Shown piece by piece: positions 8,252 through 15,072 of a stretch of 20,000 nt of DNA (position 1 is the first letter of the stretch; each line of letters starts with the position of its first letter). The stretch lies in the IMG/VR virus record IMGVR_UViG_3300044712_002657. The stretch is one strand, 5' to 3'. Under the pieces are notes generated by a model that was not told the origin of the DNA, made no database searches, and worked only from the letters and a program-made list of their open reading frames with translations. The position numbers and the translations under genes were made by a program. The DNA is from an uncultured virus (IMG/VR IMGVR_UViG_3300044712_002657) (lineage: Duplodnaviria; Heunggongvirae; Uroviricota; Caudoviricetes).

Positions 8252-9421
8252 CTAGCTCTTCTTAAGAGCCTCAATTGCGGCAACGAGTTTGCCGACTGGA
8301 TCTTCGGCAGGTACCTGTTCGTGGAATTGTCCTTCTTCCGGACCCTTTGTCGCGTCCAAATGCGCCTGGTACGTCCCGTCCAAGAGCGAATCCTTCCCGC
8401 AAAGACAGATCGAGATGACATCGCGCGGATCGGTCATTTTGCGAGCTTCGCAATAGTCCAACGTCGGCTTGATCCAATCCGGATTTCCGTGCATTTTGCG
8501 AATCTTGTCCGAAAGGACCTTTTCTAAGGTAACACGGTCAGGCGGCGGGCAGTAAATCTTCGACGAAAAGCGAGACGATAACGCGCCTGCCAGTACCTTA
8601 TTAAAGAGCCTGATGTTGTTAACCGTCGCCAAGCAAAGCATCTTCGCGTCTTTGCGGATGTTTATGCGCGCATTCGTTTTGACGATCTCCCCGCGCTCGT
8701 CCAAAACCGGAATGAGCCAGCGAAGGTTCTCAGGAACAGTCTTCTCGACTTCTTCCAAAATGAGAAAACGAGGCAGCTTTGCCGACGAAATGATCTCCTG
8801 TTCCGCGCCAGCTTGCGTCAAGGAAGTCGCGTCCAACTTCAAGACAGCGTCACTTCCCCCAAGCCTTTTGGCGAAAGCCAGCAAAAGCTTCGTCTTCCCG
8901 CAACCAGGCGGTCCCCAAAGCAGGACATGATGTCGTTCGGTAAAGTTTGTCTGGACGGCGGTATCAATCGAGGCTTGAACGCGGGCGATCTGCGGGTCCC
9001 TGCCGTAGATTTCGGCAAAGACGTCTTCTTGGTCGGGATGGACAACGGCGGTCGCCTGCTCGGGCTGTACCGTCGCGTAAAGCTTCTTCTCCGTACCTTC
9101 CAATCCCCATCCGCTCGAATTGCCGGCCTGAGGGATGATCGTATCGCGCATGAACGCGAATTGTGCTTCTTCGGTGTCTGAAGATGTCTTCCGCGCCAAG
9201 CGATGGAAGCGCAGCTTGCAGGTATACCGCCAGCCATCGGGTTCTTCGCTTTGACCGACCGAGAATCGCCCGACCGGAAACCATTTTCCCCGGCGATCAC
9301 CGGAGATGGCTCGGGTCTGGATGTACGTCAGTTGCTCGCGCAAAGTTTCTGCCGCAACTTGTCGAGTTACGTACTTCTCAAGGACAACCTCGTAGACCTT
9401 CGCCTTCTGTTGCGTCGCCAT
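8252..9421 (-). CDS. AAA+ ATPase (RuvB-like Walker A context) with an uncharacterised N-terminal domain
   Basis: HVLLWGPPGCGKT (Walker A), FLILEEVEK (Walker B), ATVNN (sensor 1), ALSSRF (Arg finger); GGAGG RBS. Confidence 0.9.
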   Translation of the reverse strand: MATQQKAKVYEVVLEKYVTRQVAAETLREQLTYIQTRAISGDRRGKWFPVGRFSVGQSEEPDGWRYTCKLRFHRLARKTSSDTEEAQFAFMRDTIIPQAGNSSGWGLEGTEKKLYATVQPEQATAVVHPDQEDVFAEIYGRDPQIARVQASIDTAVQTNFTERHHVLLWGPPGCGKTKLLLAFAKRLGGSDAVLKLDATSLTQAGAEQEIISSAKLPRFLILEEVEKTVPENLRWLIPVLDERGEIVKTNARINIRKDAKMLCLATVNNIRLFNKVLAGALSSRFSSKIYCPPPDRVTLEKVLSDKIRKMHGNPDWIKPTLDYCEARKMTDPRDVISICLCGKDSLLDGTYQAHLDATKGPEEGQFHEQVPAEDPVGKLVAAIEALKKS

Positions 9422-9444
9422 CTTTCACCCTCCAACATGCCAGC

Positions 9445-9472
9445 ATATTACCATAGAATTTTCATGTGTCAA
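9445..9472 (-). promoter_or_regulatory. Sigma70-like promoter for the AAA+ ATPase operon
   Basis: Minus strand TTGACA (9472-9467), 16-nt spacer, TAATAT (9450-9445), preceded by TGG. Confidence 0.65.
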
Positions 9473-9474
9473 GC

Positions 9475-9481
9475 GTATAAT
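9475..9481 (+). promoter_or_regulatory. Putative -10 promoter (GTATAAT), probably leaderless GT4 mRNA
   Basis: TATAAT at 9476-9481 is 7 nt before ATG 9489, with no SD sequence between. Confidence 0.55.
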
Positions 9482-9488
9482 CAACCCC

Positions 9489-10604
9489 ATGAAGCAACTA
9501 CGTTGGCTCGGACCCATTTTGGACTGTTCTGGATACAGCACGGCTGGACGGGGGTATTTGAAGGCTGCCCAAAGCGTCGGTCTTGCTGTTCGGGCGCAGG
9601 ACCGCAGTCGCTCCGCAAACCTCTATAACAAGGGACTCAGTCAGGAAACCGTCGATTGGTACCTGTCTCTCTCTGAAACTTCCGTCGATGGCGACTGCCC
9701 GACCGTACAGCACCAAGTAGCCGACCAGTTCTTCAGGAATCGAAAGACCAAGTTTTCCGTAGGTTACTCGATCTTCGAAATGACTGGCATTCCATCGCAT
9801 TGGATTCCGCACTGTTATGACGTAGACCGGATTTGGACAGGGAGCGATTACTCAAAGGACGCCTTCTTGAACTCCGGAGTTTCGGTTCCGATCCATGTCT
9901 TACCCCATGCAATCGACATCGACAAGTTCTCGCCTTCGGCTCCGCCTTGGCAGATCGAGAACCGTCGAAATTTCGCGTTTCTATCAGTCTTCGACTTTAC
10001 GCCACGAAAGTGCTGGAAGGAGTTGCTGAGAGCCTACTGGACCGCATTCTCGTCTAAAGACGACGTCTGCCTCATCCTAAAGGTCTTCTATTCGGACTTT
10101 TCAGACGAAGCTAGAGCCAGCATCATGCGCCGAATTGTCGCGTACAGAGAAGAGCTAAAGTTGAGAAATCGTGCGCCAATCCTGCTTTACGGCTACGACG
10201 TACCCGATGCCGACATGCCCGGTCTTTATACGGCGGCAGACTGCTATGTCGGCATCTCTCGCGAGGGCTTCGGCTTGCCGTACGCAGAGGCGATGTCGTG
10301 CGGGGTCGCCTGTATTGGTCCCAAGGTCGGCGGCACGCGAGTTTTTCAGAACCCTGACAATGCTTTCCTTGTCCAGTTTGTTGGCAATTCAGCGGTTTCT
10401 CCGGAGATGCTGGCTCAGAATCCTTCCTTTGTCGGTTTGAAATGGGCTGATCATTCGTGGGAGGACTTGTCCGTCATAATGCGTACAGTCGCGGAACGCG
10501 ACGATTTGCGCGTTCAGAAGGCGACAGCGGGGCGAGACTACATCGTCAAGAACCTGTCCTTCGAGAGCATCGGTAAACAAATGAGTGATTTTCTTCCCGA
10601 GTAG
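9489..10604 (+). CDS. Glycosyltransferase family 4 (GT-B)
   Basis: SGYSTAGR; YSIFE; VLPHAID; FLSVFDFTPRKCWKELLRAY; SREGFGLPYAEAMSCG (EX7E). Confidence 0.93.
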   Translation: MKQLRWLGPILDCSGYSTAGRGYLKAAQSVGLAVRAQDRSRSANLYNKGLSQETVDWYLSLSETSVDGDCPTVQHQVADQFFRNRKTKFSVGYSIFEMTGIPSHWIPHCYDVDRIWTGSDYSKDAFLNSGVSVPIHVLPHAIDIDKFSPSAPPWQIENRRNFAFLSVFDFTPRKCWKELLRAYWTAFSSKDDVCLILKVFYSDFSDEARASIMRRIVAYREELKLRNRAPILLYGYDVPDADMPGLYTAADCYVGISREGFGLPYAEAMSCGVACIGPKVGGTRVFQNPDNAFLVQFVGNSAVSPEMLAQNPSFVGLKWADHSWEDLSVIMRTVAERDDLRVQKATAGRDYIVKNLSFESIGKQMSDFLPE

Positions 10605-10616
10605 ATCAAAATTGCT

Positions 10617-10644
10617 TGCATTGCGCCAAGCACATGATATGTTA
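10617..10644 (+). promoter_or_regulatory. Possible sigma70-like promoter
   Basis: TTGCAT, 16-nt spacer, TATGTT with TG extension, upstream of GGAGG and ATG 10670. Confidence 0.35.
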
Positions 10645-10669
10645 AATGTGTCTACGGAGGAATGCGAGA

Positions 10670-11614
10670 ATGAAGCACGTAATCTTAATGGTCGCCTTCT
10701 TGGGTTTGTCGCTTTGGGCGGAGGATGCCGAATCGGTTTACGCCCAGGGACTTGCGAAGCTCCGCGAGTCTGAAACAAACCATGCCGCGCTGGTACCAGC
10801 GACAAAGCTGCTGGCGAAAGCCGCAGCGTTGTTTGCCGACTCGAACCAGGACAAGGCTTCTGAGGTCGCGGCCTGCCTGTATTGGGCGAAGAAGAAGATG
10901 ACCCTCGCTGATACGAACGACATCAAATACGATACGGCGACGTACCGCCAAGTCGAGAAGGCGACAGCGCCTTCAATTGCTTTAGATCCGGAAAACGAAG
11001 CGCGCAAACTCTTGTCAACTGCTGACACATATGCGAAAAGCAACAAAGATCCGCTACTGATCGCGGTTCGTTACTTCGAAATCGGGGATAGGTTTCCGAG
11101 CACGGCTTCGGGGCGAATTGCAATTCAAAGCTGCCTAAAGTTCATCAGTCAAGCTTCCTCAAAATCGACCGAACGCGCCCAACCATTGGGACAGCGCAAC
11201 ACTCCATTCGGCATAACTATCCTTGCCGCTGATTGTAAATCATGTTCAAAAAACCTGATTCGCCAAAACCAGGGTTATACAAACCTAACAATGTGTTACG
11301 GCTCTGATGGGTTCGGAGAATGGGAAGTTTTCTTACCGACTGCTGGACAATTTTTCATTCTTATATCTTACGCAACTGCCGAAAGTCGCCCCTGCCGCTT
11401 TCTGATCAACGGTCAAGCGCATGGCGAAGTTTTGCAGGAAAAGACGGGCGGCTATAAGTCGCCGAGCTTAAAGTGGAAATCTTATGGACCGTATTCGTTT
11501 GAAATGGGCAAAAATGCGTTCCGGCTCGAAGCTGTAAACTCCTTCCCTCACATAAAGGGGTTTGTAATCTCGACAAGCGGCAAGGTACCGGATATCGATC
11601 CGTTTGATCGCTAG
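10670..11614 (+). CDS. Secreted protein: signal peptide, helical region and C-terminal CBM6/CBM35-like carbohydrate-binding module
   Basis: Start MKHVILMVAFLGLSLWA|ED (Sec signal; GGAGG RBS). C-terminal GEWEV-x-LPTAG-x-F-x5-YA-x4-RP-x4-ING...TGG...W...GKN-x-FRLEA...PHI fits a CBM6/35 jelly roll. Confidence 0.75.
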   Translation: MKHVILMVAFLGLSLWAEDAESVYAQGLAKLRESETNHAALVPATKLLAKAAALFADSNQDKASEVAACLYWAKKKMTLADTNDIKYDTATYRQVEKATAPSIALDPENEARKLLSTADTYAKSNKDPLLIAVRYFEIGDRFPSTASGRIAIQSCLKFISQASSKSTERAQPLGQRNTPFGITILAADCKSCSKNLIRQNQGYTNLTMCYGSDGFGEWEVFLPTAGQFFILISYATAESRPCRFLINGQAHGEVLQEKTGGYKSPSLKWKSYGPYSFEMGKNAFRLEAVNSFPHIKGFVISTSGKVPDIDPFDR

Positions 11615-13173
11615 ATCCAGCTTGCTCCGCGAGTTTCTCTCTGGCAATTTGTAAGATTTGAAAAATCGGAATCTTGAGCCGCGAGTTGCGGGAAAATAGC
11701 AACCTTTCTAACACCAGCCATTCTCTTCAAAACGGTATCTACGACCAGACCATTCCCTTTTGCGTACTCGCCTTCTAACGCGGCAATGATTGCGTCATAC
11801 CCCGATTTTCTGATCGCATAACAGTGTGTAGCCGTCGTACCTTTTATCTCTCGGATTTCCGGAGAATTGTCTTGAAAAGCCTCATGTCCCGTTTGGCGGG
11901 CGCTCCAGTCGTAGAAATACAAAATATCCCAACTGGAATAGCTTACGTTTCGCCAGACTTTTGCCCAAATTTCCTTAAACTTCGGATGGAATACGACATC
12001 GTCCTCTAGGATAAGGATCGAATCATACCCCCTCTTTTTCGCCTCCTTTACTATATTCAAGTGCGTCTCGCTACATCCGCGCTTTCCAGGTGTTGCAAAC
12101 GTGCCTTTATCTTTGGGAACTGAGACGACAAATCTCTCGGCTTCGATTCCAACATCACGCATCCTTTGCGACGCCTTTTGCCATCTATCTTGTCGGATGT
12201 CCAAATTTATTAAATACGCTTTGTCGAACACTCCCAACGGCTTAAACGGGTTACTAACGAAATCGCCTTTTGAGGGGACAGCCCTATCAAAGAGCGCAAG
12301 TCTTGCCCCGTCTCCGAGCCAAGGCTCAAAGGTCCAAATCGTTCTTGCTTCGCTTAGGAATGCAGCCCACCAACAGAACGTACTGTTTGAGCAAATTATG
12401 CGATCAAACTGCATTATGAAGTTAAAATCGTGCTTGATGTCACTTGATACAATCGTAGGTCTAAAAGCACTGAAGTGCGATATGTACCAATCTAAGTATT
12501 TGGCGTCGTCCTCGCGAACAACTATAAACAACTTGCGAAACTTCTGTTTCTTTAATATCGAAAGATACCATTCCGGATGGATTACAGATCCGCCTTTGTG
12601 TTTCTTGTAGTCTCCGACCCTGACGTGCATGACAATATCTTCGTAATTCGAGACGGCGGTCCGTGATTCCAGAAACGAGAGAATCAAAGGACGATCATTG
12701 AACAGTTTAGACCATTGAAAATATCCGTCCAGATATATCCAACGAGCATCGTCTTGAAAAGGGCTCTCGACGTCAGCGTCCCGCAATAAACAATCCTTTT
12801 GATAGTTGGTTGTAGTTATTCTTGGAACATACGGTTTGAACTCCAAGCACCCTCCCTTGGGCGGGTCGGCTAACAACGGGTACCCATAATAGCACGCGAC
12901 AATTCTAGCGAACATGTACTGAAACAAATGGTTTCCGTAATAGCCATGATAGGCAGCCGCAACGGCAGGCGGTCCTTGACAAAAGTCAAGCCCCTGACTT
13001 GAAAAGCCCGTGCCTGTTCTTTTAAGTTGAAAGTCATTGCGACCCAAGTGGATATTCAAAGAGTCACCTTCTAGGTCATATGTCCCTTTGCTCTTAGGCG
13101 CCTGAACTGTTCCGTTCGGATACAAGACTATCCGCCCGCCGAGCTTTCCGCGAGCATCGTAAACTGCGAACAT
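11611..13173 (-). CDS. Fused GT11 (alpha-1,2-fucosyltransferase-like) and GT25 (beta-galactosyltransferase-like) protein
   Basis: GT11: GNHLFQY, LDGYFQ, MHVRVGDY, SNSTFCWWAAFL. GT25: YLINLDIRQDRW, GCSETH, ILILEDDV, THCYAI. ATG 13173 preferred (GAGGG RBS) over TTG 13179. Confidence 0.9.
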   Translation of the reverse strand: MFAVYDARGKLGGRIVLYPNGTVQAPKSKGTYDLEGDSLNIHLGRNDFQLKRTGTGFSSQGLDFCQGPPAVAAAYHGYYGNHLFQYMFARIVACYYGYPLLADPPKGGCLEFKPYVPRITTTNYQKDCLLRDADVESPFQDDARWIYLDGYFQWSKLFNDRPLILSFLESRTAVSNYEDIVMHVRVGDYKKHKGGSVIHPEWYLSILKKQKFRKLFIVVREDDAKYLDWYISHFSAFRPTIVSSDIKHDFNFIMQFDRIICSNSTFCWWAAFLSEARTIWTFEPWLGDGARLALFDRAVPSKGDFVSNPFKPLGVFDKAYLINLDIRQDRWQKASQRMRDVGIEAERFVVSVPKDKGTFATPGKRGCSETHLNIVKEAKKRGYDSILILEDDVVFHPKFKEIWAKVWRNVSYSSWDILYFYDWSARQTGHEAFQDNSPEIREIKGTTATHCYAIRKSGYDAIIAALEGEYAKGNGLVVDTVLKRMAGVRKVAIFPQLAAQDSDFSNLTNCQRETRGASWI

Positions 13174-13183
13174 TCTCAAACCC

Positions 13184-14914
13184 TCAAGGAATTTTGTAAT
13201 ATTGCTTATTCAACCCAACGAGCTTGTCCTTGAACTTCTGTTCATTTACACTCGCCATCTCCGGAAAACAGAAACCCCGACCGTCGCTTGTAATATTGCC
13301 AAAATGGTGTACGAAAGCCATATTAGAAACAACACATATCAGCCCGTCGCGGGCGATCGGGACGAACCAAAGCTTATCCTCGAACATCTTTGGAAAGAAG
13401 TCCTCGTCGAAATACCCGTACTTGCTAAGCAGTTCTGTTCGGAAAGCCATGCAAAATGAACTCGGCTCTGCGGTGTACGAAAACCTCAATGGCGAGTCGG
13501 GAGATGGTTGTTTTCCATGATAAAGTTCCTGAACCAGTGCCTTGATATCGTTTTCAGTTACAGAACTTTTATTGGGCGGCTTCAGCTTCAAGAATTTTTC
13601 CCTAACCGAAGAGATACAGGGAGCATCTTCATTCGCGTACGAAGTCCTTGGGATGACAACGGCAACGTCCTCATCGACAAAGCCAGCAGCAATCTCTTTA
13701 GCCCAACCTTCGAACGGGACCGTGTCGTTATGCATAACACACGACAGACCATCATATCGAGACCGAAGTCCAGCATTAAGAGCCGCTGCAAAACCGACGT
13801 TGCTTTCCATGGTAATAAGCTGGACGGATTTAAGATACAAGTGCTTCTCTTCGGAGAAATTTCTCAAGAGACTAGAGGTCTTCTCAGTCGAACCATTATT
13901 GACTAAAACCAAGTCTATTGGCAATCCATGGTTGACGGTCGCCATTGCCTCTAAAAACACTTTGGTGTATTCTGATTGATTCAACACGGGAGTTACGACT
14001 CTCATGCTTCCCGTCTTCGAGCGCAAAATCGGGAGGGGTTTGCTTCCAGCCTTTTCGGAAACTCCGACGAAGCCATCAACGGATAATTTGGCGGTTGCAA
14101 GGTCCTTCATCGCCATGAAGTTCGCTTCATTTTGATGCGCCCCAACCTTCCCAATGTTTTTGGCAAGAACGTTAAGAGTTATTGCTCTTTTTAGCTTTTT
14201 CTTCGCCATGCAAAAATGCGTTGTCGCGTCCCCTCCGGTTCCGAACCAAGTAGGACTCCCATACTTGTTAAAGAAACTCATGATCTGCTTGTCGGGCCAG
14301 TCGCCGTGATGATAGTCCTTGTCTTTGATGATCTCAAAGTACTCCAACATCAGGTCTCGGATTTGTTCCCAACAACCCTTCTTCATCGCATAAACGCCAG
14401 CGAGGAAACCGTCAAAATACTTCCATGTCACTTCCCCGCTAACAGGCTCTTCCTTCTGCGGCTGTTGGTAATTGGCGTGGACCGTCCAAGCTTCGGTACA
14501 TGTCTCCGTCATTGTCAAAAGGGTCCGCAAAGCGTCTGGATGCAGGAGAATGTCGTCTTCGACGACAACCAACAGTTCCTTTCCCATCTCGATCAAGAAC
14601 TTTTCGCGTGCTGTAATGTGACTCCAAGGGCAGTTGTGCGCCTTTTCGGCGACAAAGAGTATGTTCGATGGATCGTATTGGGCTGAAAACAGATCGACGC
14701 ACTTTTGAACTCTAGCGCGAGCGTCGGGAAGTGGTCTTTTCGCTTCTAGCGGTCGCGGACCGTCTTGCAGCAGATAGATGTTTTTGCGGGAAAAGCTCTT
14801 ACATCTCGATACTGCGATTTCAAGATGCCTCAAACATTCTTCAAAGTACTCCGGTCTTTCCGACGTTATCAGACACAACGCAACATCGACACTTTTTTCG
14901 GCAAACGTAACCAT
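13184..14914 (-). CDS. Double GT-A glycosyltransferase: N-terminal GT13/GT2-like domain and C-terminal GT2 domain
   Basis: N-domain: RPEYFEECL, YLLQDG, VVVEDDILL, NIGKVGAH. C-domain: VVTPVLN, LVNNGST, NVGFAAALNAGL, HNDT, GYFDEDF-x4-ED, FVHH. Confidence 0.88.
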   Translation of the reverse strand: MVTFAEKSVDVALCLITSERPEYFEECLRHLEIAVSRCKSFSRKNIYLLQDGPRPLEAKRPLPDARARVQKCVDLFSAQYDPSNILFVAEKAHNCPWSHITAREKFLIEMGKELLVVVEDDILLHPDALRTLLTMTETCTEAWTVHANYQQPQKEEPVSGEVTWKYFDGFLAGVYAMKKGCWEQIRDLMLEYFEIIKDKDYHHGDWPDKQIMSFFNKYGSPTWFGTGGDATTHFCMAKKKLKRAITLNVLAKNIGKVGAHQNEANFMAMKDLATAKLSVDGFVGVSEKAGSKPLPILRSKTGSMRVVTPVLNQSEYTKVFLEAMATVNHGLPIDLVLVNNGSTEKTSSLLRNFSEEKHLYLKSVQLITMESNVGFAAALNAGLRSRYDGLSCVMHNDTVPFEGWAKEIAAGFVDEDVAVVIPRTSYANEDAPCISSVREKFLKLKPPNKSSVTENDIKALVQELYHGKQPSPDSPLRFSYTAEPSSFCMAFRTELLSKYGYFDEDFFPKMFEDKLWFVPIARDGLICVVSNMAFVHHFGNITSDGRGFCFPEMASVNEQKFKDKLVGLNKQYYKIP

Positions 14915-14943
14915 ACCAACCCCCGAATGAATTCAGCTACACA

Positions 14944-14950
14944 GTATAAT
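14944..14950 (+). promoter_or_regulatory. Putative -10 promoter (GTATAAT) for the structural operon, overlapping TATACT on the - strand
   Basis: Lies in the divergent gap between the GT operon and the large structural-like gene. Confidence 0.5.
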
Positions 14951-14986
14951 AACGTCTGTAACCCCGTATGCCCAAAAACTTGAAGG

Positions 14987-15055
14987 AAGAAACGGGCAAA
15001 AAAGCGCAGTAAGGAACAGAACCAGCCTGTTCCCTGGCATGCAATCCTGTTTCTT
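14987..15055 (+). other. Structured 5' leader (nested hairpin) upstream of the 1314-aa gene
   Basis: Outer stem AAGAAACGGG (14987-14996)/CCTGTTTCTT (15046-15055), 10 bp with one G-U. Inner perfect stem GGAACAG (15013-15019)/CTGTTCC (15027-15033). Confidence 0.5.
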
Positions 15056-15072
15056 GAGAGAAGCGTTACAAA

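Noticed and set aside
8252..9421. Calling the ATPase ruvB
   Set aside because: The Walker A context is similar, but there is no FIDEIH motif, no evident RuvB C-terminal winged helix, and no ruvA/ruvC nearby.
1..14914. Ordinary bacterial LPS/EPS cluster
   Set aside because: No membrane flippase, polymerase or sugar-synthesis genes; GTs are scattered on both strands among phage-type genes. Not fully excluded without flanking sequence.
4017..14945. TACACAGT 8-mer in two divergent intergenic regions (4017-4024, 14938-14945)
   Set aside because: Only two copies, each overlapping a -10 box; cannot be distinguished from chance.
14987..15055. c-di-GMP-I or other known riboswitch (GGGCAAA present)
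   Set aside because: Lacks the GNRA/receptor two-hairpin architecture; kept only as an unknown structured leader.
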